A stretch of DNA of 62,899 bases, the filler included, from Choristocarpus tenellus KU-1152 (lineage: Eukaryota > Protista > Phaeophyceae): assembly GCA_964200185.2 (NCBI GenBank). It is 9 parts of 9 records of this genome, joined end to end, with 100 filler letters (N's around TTAATTAATTAA, not from the genome) between each part and the next. Parts side by side here need not be neighbours in the genome. Positions count along the whole stretch, not along the records: positions 5,300 to 22,587 come from CAXNAD020000692.1; positions 22,688 to 32,426 come from CAXNAD020003442.1; 7 more parts are not named here. One strand, written 5' to 3'. Shown in pieces: positions 12,201 through 25,480 of this stretch (position 1 is the first letter of the stretch; every line of letters begins with the position of its first letter). Position numbers and translations under genes: made by a program. Below the pieces are notes generated by a model. The model did no database searches. It was not told the DNA's origin and worked only from the letters and a program-made list of their open reading frames with translations.

Positions 12201-15200
12201 CAATCAAATGGTTCCAACTCCCTTGAAAGTTTCCTCGTTCTAGTTAATGTCAAAAGACACACGGGCTAGAAGCAGGTGTGGAAGTACTCCCCATATTAAC
12301 TTCAATGATGGACTTGGAGGTGATTCATGTGTTGTAGGCGAGAAAGTTCCTCTTGAAGTTTTTTACCAACACAATTCTGGGAGTGAATGAGAATCCTCTA
12401 TCCCAAATGCTTCAATAGAACCTATTCTTAGTTATTTGGAAGTACTGATTAAGTTCTTGCACTGAACCAATGAGATGCATCTTCAACCCTGGAACCTCCT
12501 CTACTACCCAGCATATTAAAAAATCGCGTTTGTTGGGCGTAAACTATTTTCTGCAGCAGGCTTGCACGAGAACTGACTTGAACTTTAGTCAACTTGTTTT
12601 CGGGAGGGAGTAATCATGATTTACCTTTTCAGAGGTTTACCTTTTCAGAGGGGTGTCTTCGACTAGGACCTCAGTTCTGACCATTGAAAAATATCTTGTG
12701 TGTGTGGATGATGGACAAGGGATTAGCACATACTCAATAAAAATAGAGAGTCCCATAATCTACATACTTGCTTGGGAACTACTTGATGGGAAAGTAGTGG
12801 TGGGAGGTGTATAGGAAATAAACTTGAATTGATAGGAGACCAACCACAGCAGTCAAACGACTAGAGGGAACTGCAAGCAAGAAGTAGAGCAAATAAAAAT
12901 ACAAAGGAGAATCTCTCTCTCCACAAGCAGACATAGTGGAGAAAGCAAAAAGCAATCAAAATGCAGTCATGGTACTTTGGTCCCAGGCATAACAATATTG
13001 CAACTTCAAGCTCCCTTGACACAGGATTATGTCAGGACTAACACATGTTAATTAGTGTTCGGTCGCATTTCCATATTGCCACACGTAACAACTTCTTTGA
13101 AAGGCAAAGTGAAGAAATATTTATCCACAAAGAGTTCAAACTTACCTAGTCGAGACAGAATAACAAAAATTACAATTCGATCAACTCTCTCAAGAGTCAC
13201 AAGGCAAAACATATTCTGACTCGGAAGATACTTGCCTATCAGGGTACGATAAGCTAGCTCCATGTAAACACACAGCACCAAGAATTAAAAGAAACTTGTC
13301 AACCTGGCATGCTCTCTCAGGATGGCACCATACAGTAGCAACAACTTGCACTACACACAACAACAAACTCTTGCCTACTACAAAACACACCTGGAAACCA
13401 AATAGACTGTTGCATTGTTGAGGGAGGATTGCAAAGCATAAACAGAAAGGCCTGTCACACTTGTCTATGAAAATATGCTCAAACTGAAAAATCAAATACT
13501 GTCACCTCATCTCTCCCCATCTCTCTCACATACTGCCTACCAGGGGTAGGTGTCTAAGCCTCATGCCCTATCCCCATATGTTTGTGCTCCATGATGACGA
13601 AGTTGTGTGAAATGAATTAAAAAAAGACACCACAATGGTCTTGTAGTAGTACACACTAAGAACACTGGAACACAGCGGCACTTTATGACTTCAATGCATT
13701 CAATGATACATATACAGCCTTCTACAGGATTGCCCCCTCTCCATAGCAAATCCTTCCCCCTCTAGAAAAAACTCACTCATTGTCTCTCCTTGTTAGAAAC
13801 CAATCACACTTGTGAGAGGAATGGCATCAACCACCCAGGCAGTATGGGGCCTGCCCACCATTGATATACGGATCACCATATAGAGTCACCAGAATTTGTC
13901 GTCAAAGCAGGTCAACGGTTGGAGGCCCCATGAAAATGTTGACAAAGAGGCAAGGGCAGTAGTAGACATGGAGAAAGGGGATCAGGTGGTAGGTATTTAG
14001 TGGGAAAGGTAAAGAGAGAGGAAAGAGAGTCTAGTGTATCTATCAACCTGCAGAGACAAACTCGAGCATGCAAAGGAAGAGCAGGGATTGAATTATGGTA
14101 TAGTAAATAATAAAAAAAGTGAGTCCACCGGTGTAGACAACAGCAGATACCAGTGACAGTTAAAGAAAGGTTCTACCTTGGACCATGGACAGGGTATTGG
14201 GCTTATGCTAGTCTCCTATCAACTGCAGGTACAAACAACCCCCAACTGAAGATGTAGAATGTTCTTGTTCTAATTCTTGTGAGAGTGCAATCTGTAAATG
14301 ACAATGACAAATGCTGTATCAGGCGGGCTCAAAATATTGCACCGGCGGCATTAATGAAAAAAATATATTATCACATACTACAATCTTAGACAACATTGGC
14401 ACGCAAGTGAGGTGAACAAAAAACTTGGAAAAATAAAACCATACAAAAATATTCAACATACAAAAGTTACAGGAAAGAGGGGAAACCCCTCCCCCCAAAA
14501 GTCTGCATCGAATTCAAAACGCACCAAGAAACAACAGATAGATTTTTGAGCCAAAACTACAATGCCTCAAAAAAAGGAAGAATGGAATAAAAACAATTGC
14601 TTTTCCTAACTCCAGCAGTCAACAACAATGAACAAGATCATGCCGTGTTTGGTACAATAATCGTACTAATGCAACTTATGGTACACGTACACATAAATAC
14701 AGAGCAAAACCGATTTCTTAGACAGAGCAAGCAATGATGAGCCTGTACAACGCCTTCCACTGGTGATTGAAGTACATAACTAAGCTACAAATACACACAC
14801 ACACATATATATATACAGTTAACGTAGGCACATCATCAACAGTGAAAGGCAGGTCAATCCCGCAATAGGTCGGAGTTTATTTGAACTTAAAAGACAAAGG
14901 ATTACAGATTGGTTTCATTATTTGCAACAAAAAAAAGGGTACACCCTAAAGTCACCTTTGTACCCCCCGCATTGTTAAAAAAAATAACATCCATTGCACG
15001 AACAAAAGTACAATTCTGATTTATAGAGCAGCAATAGAACGATTTTAGAAACTGATTTCCAACCAATAGCATTCAATCCTCCAAAATAGCAGTGGTAAGT
15101 CCGTATGAAATGACTTGGACATAAGCAAGCAACCCCATTGTCAGTACTCTAGAAGCCACCATCCATGAACACACCTACCTACCCACAGATAGACTCAAGA

Positions 15201-15207
15201 CACACAC

Positions 15208-17815
15208 CTGTCCTAGGGAAGCAACTGAGTCACTGAGCAGCCACCCCAACACTCCTCCTGAAATGATGCAGAATGGGGCTGGGAAACCAAGGAATGCCTG
15301 CAGCAGTGTATAAAAACCCGAAAACATTATGAGGCCAATGGAAGAGTCAGTCAAAAGCAACCAATAAAAAAAAGAGAAATCAGATGGATGTATTGCTTGA
15401 TCGTATGAGAGAGACAAAACAGCATACATACATAACTTTGAATAGCAAACTTCTGTAACATCATACACAGTAGTTCCTCAAAGGAAATTCCAACCTTGGG
15501 TAGAACAGAAAAATTAAACAAATTCATTTAGGCACGCACGCACATAACGTACGAGTCTCCAATTATTTATTTTTTTAAACGTGTATCCAAGACCAGCCAG
15601 CACGTGCAGAAGGAAACGCCTCCAAATTCATAGAGAAATCACTTGTAATGTACCTCGTTGAAAAGAAAAAAATCAAGAGGGCTTTTTCTTGTGAAGAGTG
15701 CCAGCAGGTCAAAACCCCTTCTGTCTTCTCACTATGAATTATGAATAGTCAGAGTACAAGTCTCTCGAACCTCCCCCAAATGACCACCTACACCTCACCT
15801 ACCCACTAAAACAGAAAACACTCAACTGTGAGATGCTAGACGCATGTCATGTCACACAAGCAACACAATAATACACTCACCGACATGCAACCTGTGGTGA
15901 TTGCAACAATAGCATCTGCGTACACCTCGACAGCGTCTCCCCAGAGAAGTGCGCATGCTGCAATGACCAGCCCAATGGCTGTTGAGTTGACCCCCTGAAG
16001 GAAAACCTGAAAGTCCGGGACGATAGGGAAAGCCCCAGTGGGGGGGGGATACAGTGTAGAGTGACGGGGACAGATAAGAAAAGTATTTTCTTTTCTTCTT
16101 TTTTTTTAAGTTTATCGTGAAGGACACGTGTGAAAGGGATAATGAACTTAAAACAATGGAGAGAACGTTTAAAAAACCTATCTACACAGGATGTCCTTCT
16201 AATGGGCCAAGTACGCTAAAAAAATGTAAAAAATAATAAAGTAACCAATACAATGCCGCTATTTTTTTTTGGCAGACTGGACACGATAGAAGGTATACCC
16301 CAAAAAATAATTACATCGCTGCCTTCTACAACAACAAGCAGCGTGTACTGATAGCCAGACCAGGCACCGCCATCTGCAATCAGATCATCTTTGGTTCACT
16401 GGTGAGAGGCAACACCTCCCCAATACCAAAACATCGTGTGAAGTTTGTGTGTGTGTGTGTGTGTGTCATGTTCAACACAGTTTTCTCCTAGGTATGTCAT
16501 CTGAATTGACACACACACACACACACACACACACTCCATCGAGAATATGAATTAGAGATTAACGTCCTATGCGCACATGATGTCAGTTACATCAACATGA
16601 ATGTCAGTTACATCAACATGATGTCAGTTACATCAACATACTACTGCACTGAGGTATGCGAGGACCAATACAATACATCAACATTTTTTTGAAGAATGCT
16701 GGAAAGATGTGTGAGATGCACAATACCCTAACTCTAACTCCATCAGACCTGATGGAACACACTGCAACATGCACACACAAGTTGGACGTATTTAGGGTTA
16801 GGGTCGATACACGTATCAAAACTTGACAGAAAAAGGTTAAGCTTTTTCACCAAATGTTACTTTAGCGAGGTTTGATGACACAGGAGGAAAGACGTAGTCG
16901 TATTTTTGTACAAGTAAAATGTAGTGTTGTCAAATAGTTTATTTTAAAATTACTTCCATTTTTTTTTCCCACTGGAGTGGAAAGAGATCCCAGCTAAGTA
17001 AATTAGCACCATTTCAACACTAAATTTGAATTTAAAGGAAGTGTTCGCCTTTGATATTTAAAATGGTACTACTACTGTGTGTGAATATTCATTTGTGTAT
17101 TTGAATATTCATTCAAAATATTTTTGGGAGGACTGTTGCTTACAAAAGCACAGACCACATCACACCCATCCCACACGCTTGGCTACAAATCATAGTTCCA
17201 AATATATTGGAGTGGTGACTTTCAGAACAAATCAGAGATTCCTGTAAAACCATACACCAGGTAGATCAACAGATCGGTATGATGCTTTTAAGGTATGCCA
17301 CCATAATACATCTATACCACTGATGGTATATATTCAATACTTCGTCATGTCATTCTTTCCTTTCACAGTAGTTACAATGCCATACCATTCTACCAACACT
17401 GACAGTTTAATATTTGGTACTTATCCTACTACACATATATCATACTCTGTTTCAAGAGCGCTGCCTATACACATCAGGAGCAACAAAAAAAAAAAAATCC
17501 TTGGGAATCATAATATCACATCACACCCATCATATTGCCAGCAGCGTCAACCTTCCAGCAAAATTGTCATCAGGCACTGGGGGCTCGAAGTTGGAATTTC
17601 TGGTGGTGTCAACCCCTTGAAAACACCGACCATCAGGTATAAAACGCCTGATCAAAGCATCAACTCCTCTTTACACAATCAAAGACAAACAGCAAGTGGC
17701 AGTTCATCTTTACACAATCAAAACCCCACCACCAAGATCGCAGAAAAAATCGACCTTCTCATATCTTCAACATCGGCATCACCTATTCCCCAATACGCCT
17801 GATCAAGACTTTTCA

Positions 17816-17846
<31 letters not shown>

Positions 17847-20800
17847 ACGCTTTGTCTCCTATGTAAAAGAAGGTTCAACGATGTTTGAAAAGAAAATCAT
17901 ACTCAAATCATACTCAACACGTTCACCATAGCGGCTTCCACGAGGTGAGTGGACTTCGCCAGAATGAGAGTCGCAGTACTGACAGAATGATGGGAAAAGT
18001 CACTGAATGTCTCTCGCCTCTGCCGGCAGTCAAGGAACACAATTTTAGACCCACAAACTTTCCCACGATGAGCACAAGGTATCAAGCCAATAGACCCCAA
18101 TAAAGCTTGGGAGATGAAACCCTCTACTGGTGTGCATGAAAACTGAGGAGTAAGAAGGCATTAACTAATCAGAAACACCAGAATTTTGAATATATTAGTC
18201 CATGTGGCAAGGTTGAATTCCTCAAAGCAGAAAAGCGGGTTGTTCCGTTCCCTCTCAATCCTCAAATATGTCAAACATTCTAAACCTACCATCATGCATC
18301 TTAATCTGAGGTGTCCTTAAAAAAGTTGTTCTATTAGGAACACGCAACACTCTTGTTGCCGCTGGGGTTTTCTTTTCAAGAACAGTATGATTTACAGTTA
18401 CTAAAAGTCTTCACGCAATACTTTTTTTTTTTGCAGAAAAGATGTACACACCATGTATTTACTCCCCTCGATCACAATTAGATTGAAAAACAAAAAACAA
18501 AAACACACACATATACATATACATATACACAAACATACATTAACATAAACTCATAAACGCCTTACATGCACGCAGCCAATATGTAAAGAGGAATGTAGAG
18601 ATTTCCATTGCTCCAAGTAACATACCTTGAACCAGGTGATCTTCCTGACCCTGGACCAGAACGGAATGAACCCAAAGATCAAAGACACTCCTGGCCCGAA
18701 GAGTCCAAGCCAGCCCACAAACGCACCCGGCAAACCGTTGGATACCGCCCCAAGGTAAGAGGAAAAGTTGAACAGAGGCCCCGGCAACGCCTTCAGGAAT
18801 CAATAAAATGTCGCACACACACATGTACACAAAGGACCATTCGGCCGGTGTCAATTCATTGGAGAGGGAATTTAGAGGGGGGAGGAGGGGGGCATCACTG
18901 CAACGTTCCATCGAGCTGGTTCAACTGAGGAGTTACAACCTTTGGAAGGCATGTTGCATCACTTTCGAAATTAGGTAGTTCACGATGTGAGGGGAAGGGA
19001 GGTAGGTGTAAGTACGCAGGAGGGGGGTGTATGTCTGAGCATGTTTCTACAGAGCCTGTGACAAAAACTTACCAAAAGCTTACCAAAAAGAGAGCGCTCT
19101 CTGAAAATAATCCCCACCAACGTCCTAAAATTCTTACTCACAAGCACGGTCCGCAAGACATTGCCATACCTATAGCCACTTAGAGCTTTCAAATTTTGCC
19201 ACTTTTTTGCTCACCACAAAAAGTCAAAATACAAGGACAGGCCTGGAAAACTGACCCAGAACTCATCAATCGATCCACGCACATCGGGCCAATAATAATA
19301 ATAATAATATTCCCAACTTCTTTATAATGGTACATTTATAATGGTACATGAAAGGACTTCGAAATAATAAAGAGTGCTGATTCAATCGGTCAAAGGGTTT
19401 CTGTCTTGTGTGCCTCGAAATTTGCTCGTATCTCCATACTCCAGCAATTTCGAAACTCCTGCAAGAGAGGATGCGTCAATACAGGGTTGCCTACCTAAAA
19501 TAACAAAAAAGGAGAGAGTTCGAATCAGCCAACTGACTTCAACGAACAAAACAAGTCTGGTTACTCTATCATTCGCCAGAACAAAAAACATTAAGGATGA
19601 ACACAAACAATTCAACAAATAAAAATTAAAAATACGCATGAAACGGTAAGCTTGAGACGATGGTATGCTCTGCTCATCCCTTGAACAGTATCTCCACGCT
19701 TCTCAGTGCAACAGAGGCTAAAATGTGCAACAAATTGCCAATAACCCCTCACTAGTAGTTTTGAATTACAGATCAACCCATACCCTTTCACATGGAACAC
19801 CAAGCGTCGCTCTCCTCAACCAATATATAACCAATATATACTGGATTCTCTTGGATATAACCTTACCCTCACTGCCACTTTCCAGACCTTTTCCAAGGGC
19901 GAAACTAGATACACAGTACACACAACAAATACTATCTACAAATACTATATCTATCTACAAATACTATCTACAGGAGGATTATTTTTATTCTCAAGCTCCC
20001 GACGTTTAAAACCACCCAAAAAGGTCCTGTTCCAGACTAGCGCTGTAAAAGGCGGTCAGTCAAGAGAACAGTCTGAGAACAGTCTGTGAAAAAAAACTCG
20101 AGGAACAGACGGTGGAAAAAATAAATAAATACACATAGCACAACTGACAACTGCGAACAAACGCACATTCGTCGACAATATAAATACAATATAAATACAC
20201 ATACACATAGTTTATTCTTCCTTTCTCTGACTGCCTGGCTCCTCCTACACCTATTGCTGTGGTACATACAACTACACAAGTGGAGACCCGCCTCTGGCTC
20301 CCGTGCAGTATAACCCTTGACTTCTGAGGAAGGCAAGGGCCACTCGCCAGTCTTCACTCAGCAAGTGTGCAGGACCACTGTCGACGAGTTCGTTGTTGGT
20401 GATGAGGTGCACTGCACCCCTATTGAATGGACGGCTCAACCCCTTCCGAACCTCAATCCCCCACTACGGTATCACCGCAATGCTGCATGCTGAGGAAGTG
20501 TGTTTCAGGCAGGGGTTGGTGCAGTACTCACTCCGTACAGCCCATCACATCAACAACAACAAACTCGTAAACCGGGGTCTCCAACACTTGAGAGGTCACT
20601 TTGCAGCCAGAGCTCTCTTTTCTCGAAAGGGGAGATAACACCATGCGCTCGACGTGGTTTCCACTTAGTTGAGGACACATGAAGCGTGCTTTTGTTTTAG
20701 TTGAGGACACATGAAGAGGTGCACACATCACACCAACATGGTACACATGCAAGGATCCCAGCCAGGCCAACCACAGGAAAGTGATAACAGCCTTTAACTG

Positions 20801-22122
20801 ACTGTGCTCAACACATAAAGGTCTTTCCATTTGGAGCAGAAGGTTACGCACATTTGGTACAGTAGTAACCACATCCATACACATCAATACAGATTCATGT
20901 AAAAAAGGTACCCTTGACAATATTGATATCACACTTTGGGGGGGGGAGGGGGGGGGGAAACATGAATGGTGAGGGGTGTAGCCTTCATGACTTTTCCCAA
21001 TAGTATGCAATACAGAAATGACCTAAACATCTAGACATCAACTTTTGTGTCGTAAGGATCTTCAAAATGGTTATGTTGTTATACTTGGGACAGTATGGGG
21101 GGGGCAGCCGGATTGTCCAGGATATGCCGCACCCCTCTCAGTATCCTCCCCATCCCCCCTCACTAAAAAAAATCCAGAACTCTCCATCTACTACAACGCC
21201 ATACCTGGCTCAATGCAAACCCCTGGTAGAATTGTTCCTTCGTCAACCAACCAGGGTCAACCACCTCGTCCAAAAGCATGGGCAGCACCACCTTGAAATA
21301 TGCACATTGCACATTCATTTTTATTTTTTCCATCATTTTTTGTTGAGAAGAGCAGAAAAAAAAAAGTCAGGAGGACATAAACAGAAAATTGGAAATAATC
21401 AGGTAAAAAAATCAAGGTGGAAAATGTATTAAAGAAAAAAGCAGCAAGAAAAAAACACACCATGGGAATAGCTTCACCCCATAGATGTGACGCTGACGGC
21501 ACATTTATATGCCTTGATTTCCCCAGAGGGAAAAAACATTAACAACGCAAGTCATCATTTCACACCCTCTCAATCAGCATACCAAGCAGGGGGGATGTCG
21601 GCTATTTTTACCACATTTTACAAACAAGTCAACAGTGTCTTCCCACCATTATTATCGATATCAACAAAGATCCACCCACGCAGGAAAATGAACCTTACAC
21701 TCTTTTTATTGCCAGTAATGATTCACCTTTTTTACCACTGGGGACAATTCTTTTTCGCCAAATGGGAAGTAAACACAATTTCTTTTTTTTCACTTTGAAA
21801 AAAATTGAAAACCACCTCACCAAGCACAAACAGCAAGAAGATGGCAACATCTCTCCTCCCAATAAAATAAAATGATAAAACCACACCATCAAAACTGCAC
21901 CAAAGAGTCAATGCCACCACCAAACGGTCACCTGCCCCCCCCCATAGATGATGGAACCAATCCGGAAAAAGGACTCGAACAGTCCCTCCAGGCCATCATC
22001 ATTGAACACGCTGACAGCTATGATGAGCACAAAAAGCCACACCACAATGATTACTCCTCCAAGCCACATGGGAATATCAATACGTGAGTACGTCTTGTCT
22101 TCTAAGCTCTGTTCTGCCGACG
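15208..22122 (-). CDS. Chromate ion transporter (CHR family), C-terminal half; partial 5-exon model
   Basis: GT-AG exons at about 22122-21932, 21291-21205, 18790-18626, 16006-15881 and 15297-15208 splice in frame to ...LFESFFRIGSIIYGGGQ|VVLPMLLDEVVDPGWLTKEQFYQGFALSQ|ALPGPLFNFSSYLG...GLFGPG...WSRVRKITWFK|VFLQGVNSTAIGLVIAACALLW...|AFLGFPAPFCIISGGVLGWLL..., containing the CHR GGG and PGP motifs. 5' exons are not in this contig. The stop is either read-through to 15175 or in an unidentified exon. The first acceptor is uncertain. Confidence 0.92.
16447..16534. repeat. Inverted (GT)n / (AC)n microsatellite pair within an intron
   Basis: (GT)~10-CA...TG-(AC)~13, separated by about 40 nt. Confidence 0.85.
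16575..16639. repeat. Minisatellite, 3 x about 20 bp
   Basis: acatga(a)tgtcagttacatca repeated three times without spacers. Confidence 0.9.
17816..17844. repeat. (TTC)n microsatellite, possibly a (GAA)n retroposon tail on the minus strand
   Basis: About 9 TTC units are seen directly. The tail interpretation is inference. Confidence 0.8.
20200..20640 (-). mobile_element. Decayed RTE-type LINE 3' remnant in a CHR intron
   Basis: Frameshifted peptides QVLETPVYEFV (cf. EVLETMLYGCV), RQWSCTLAE/KTGEW and AREPEAGLH resemble the RTE C-terminus. Confidence 0.45.
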
Positions 22123-22687
22123 CTGCCATATCAAGCAATGGCGAGGTGGGGCAGTGGAAAGAAGTTATATAAGGCTGGAATATTTTTTTTTCAAGCACAC
22201 TACCAATACATGCTGCACCCTTACCAGTAAATCAAAAGTCCTATACCTTTTTCTTTTTTTTCTTTTTTTTTGGGGGGGGGACCAATGTGATCTGAAAACA
22301 TATGATCACTCTTTCTTGACACAGAAAAGGCAGTAAGTATGACAAAAAAAATAATTGTTCTACTGTTCCTGTTTAGTATTGGTCTATCCACCTCTCGAAA
22401 CAATATGTGACAGTACTAGTGAATAGGGTACCGCATCATTTGCATTGAAACAACATGATCAATACAATCCATCGGCACCCGCACCACAGTCTTGTAGCAG
22501 GAAGAGGGGGGGGGGGGGGGGAGAGGACGGACTTGAAGTTTTCAAAGCAAGGGAGGCAGAGAGGGGGGTCTAGGATCATATTGTTCANNNNNNNNNNNNN
22601 NNNNNNNNNNNNNNNNNNNNNNNNNNNNNNNTTAATTAATTAANNNNNNNNNNNNNNNNNNNNNNNNNNNNNNNNNNNNNNNNNNNN

Positions 22688-22726
22688 CCTTACAAACCAC
22701 CCCCCTCCCCCCAGATACTTTGACCC
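22688..22726 (-). mobile_element. TIR family B terminus at contig start
   Basis: ...ccccccagatactttgaccc is the reverse complement of the family B end. Confidence 0.85.
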
Positions 22727-25289
22727 TACAAGGAGATGTGATCACAACACCATAACAATCTCTGTGCGTCACGTCACTCATTTATTGACTTCTTGACTCC
22801 GATCCGCCACCCAGTTTGCGCAATCTGAGAACATTTTTCTGAGGTTCAAGCAGGTGAAGATGAAAGTCGTATCGTCGTTGACCTACCCTTGTTTCTCAAC
22901 TCACTGTCACTTCTTGCAAAATGCAGAAGCTCATTGGTGGCCAGTTCGTTGTCCTTAAAACACGCCAATAGCAATGTCTTCAAAGATCGCTTCGTTCCCA
23001 TGATTGGATACAAGTCAATGGAGAAGTTGGACCATTATTGATACACGACGGTGGTCTAACATCAAAGATGGATACATCATCACATTTCGAAGAAGACATA
23101 TCGAGTCGACAAACGAGGATCTAGTTAATGCATTGAATTCCTCCTCATTGGGGTGTGGAACCCTATGCCCTTTATGAAAGGACAAATATTCGACAAGGTA
23201 TACATAGATATTTAGTTGATAACAGTGACAGGGATCAAGTACCAACCTGTTCCTATCCCCTATTTAATATGTTAAAAGTCAAACATATATTTGGTATTAT
23301 TAGCCGTAATTCTAGTCTGGGATTGGATCCTTACCTTGACCCTAGCCAGCCCATGTACAAAGCCAAAGGCATTACAAACTACAGCACTACTTCTAATTAA
23401 CTACAAACCATCATTTTTTTGCACTGCGACTACTTGCACTTGGTCTCTTGTGCCTATTTCTCAAGCGTGAGTGAAAGGTCCCACAGCTTGTTGCTCTGTT
23501 TCCTTCCTAAAATCTTGCAAAGTCGTTGTCTGGACTCAATAGAGCCTTCCCTCCACTACCTAGGTTTCAGCATATTTTTAGTGGTTAGTGACAGACATCA
23601 GTGTAAAGGTGTACGTATCCGTCGTTCTAGCCACAGGTCCATCATCAAAATCACCTCAAAATAAAATTCGCATATGGCCTTGACTGACCCCTCGTACTCC
23701 TTTGAAAAGCGTTCTCAGGTAACCACTGCGCCACAAACCTTCTGCAATATACACTTCACTTAATGTGAATACAAGCATGTATCTCACAGTGCACCTTCAT
23801 CGAGTAAACTTAAGATTACTTACGATATTCCTCTTAGCTCTACCACGAATAATTGTGCTGACGTTACCTCAAAAGTGTATGTGAGCGTTATATTCCAGAA
23901 TGAATGAGATACGAACCAATAAAGTGCAATTGCTGTTGTAAGTCTCAACTCTATACATGCCGAACATGAGTCGGATAGGAAGAAAGGCACCCAAACAATC
24001 ATCCAACTAGTTGGGGGGAAGTCAACTTTGAACGCATTTTTTAGGTAGTTCAGTTGAAAATTTTCAACGATTCCTTAGGTCACCATTTTGATGCAGTTAA
24101 GCAAGACCGTGCTCCATCTGTGGTGAGGAAGAACCTAGAAACCTTTGACAAACAAGATGTGGTGGCGAAATACGAAATTCACCCTATTCGAAAAAAAGGA
24201 AAAAGAAAAAATGACCTGAAGTGGAAATATACACTTCATCATTGCTTGTGGATATTGCTATGACATCCACCCATCTATAGACTGTGCTACGCTGCATTAA
24301 AGACTGGTAGAATGCCTCTCTACAGACCTAGAGCTTGTTACCCCCTAAAAGTAAGATGGGTGGAAATCTTAGGACCTCCTGGTCCCAGCAGAAGGAGACC
24401 ATGATACTCGTACAACTACTCCAGCATATACTCTGGCTGCAGCTATATCGTTTGCCTGGAGGACAAATGGAGGGTTACCAAAACTCCCACTATAATGAAA
24501 TATCAAGTAGCCAACAGGCAACAACGGTACAAAAACAGTATGTACAAGAACTCTGAACATCCCACTCATAGGAGACTAATACATATGCTGCTCAAGTTTC
24601 TAGAGTGTCGAGTAGGGCAGACAGGACAAAGACTCAGCTAGTCTAAACACCTTGTCACTGCAGTAGGAGTATATATATGACGGAATACCTCTCGACAGCG
24701 CGTCATCTTGATGTTCACAATTAAATCTAATACTAGACATTCGCTTCTATCCCCATGTGTCAGTTTTTCAGTGGTAGGCATACAACCTCGAACTAGTCAT
24801 CTGTTTCTCAAAAGTAGTTAAGTACTGAGAAACTATATGAACAAAATCAAATCCAAAAAATGTGATACACCTCTCATTCCTCTCCCCATTACCGTAGGAA
24901 AATGCTATAGATCTCAACGCCCGGTAAGGACAGGACACGATCGACCTAATTCTGGAGTATATTCAAAATCAAATGACACAACTATTGACTACCCATCATT
25001 TCCAGCAGGTCGCTTTGGGCTCCAATCCCTCCAGCATATAATCAGCCAGTGCAGCGAACAAGTTGAGTTTCCAGCGGGATGCGGACGGTTACTTAGCGCC
25101 CAAAGATGTTGGAAATTGAACCGTGTAAGACACCTGCAAGGTTAGGTGTAATATCCACGGGATCAATTATATTGAGGATAATGGACTGGAGAAGGCATCA
25201 CATAGGATGGGAAGCATATCCCTTCTACTTGATACAATCGATTCCAGTGGAAGGTAGTGCACCTTGATCTTCGGCGTATTCTTACCATG

Positions 25290-25480
25290 GCTCAGGTCGA
25301 TTTAGAAGGGTTCTGGATTCCTAATATCTTGCATGCCTTGCAGTAGTGCCCCGACAACTGGCGACGCTGCTTGCAGTTGACACACTGCTGTGTTCGAGGG
25401 GGTGAAGCACGTGGAGTCCGTCGACCCGAAATACCATCATTCCTAGTTAGTCTGATATTTGCTGGCTTCGTCATATGATG
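25290..25480 (-). pseudogene. Cys-rich remnant resembling a piggyBac transposase C-terminal domain
   Basis: HHMTKP...QQCVNCKQRRQLSGHYCKACKI (CxxC...YCxxC). No DDD core or TTAA-bounded TIRs were found. Confidence 0.3.

Noticed and set aside
16575-16639. CRISPR-like short repeats (also 20666-20714, 44473-44535, 46274-46323, 50956-51056)
   Set aside because: Only 2-3 units, head-to-tail or with trivial spacers, no cas genes and a eukaryotic context: ordinary minisatellites.
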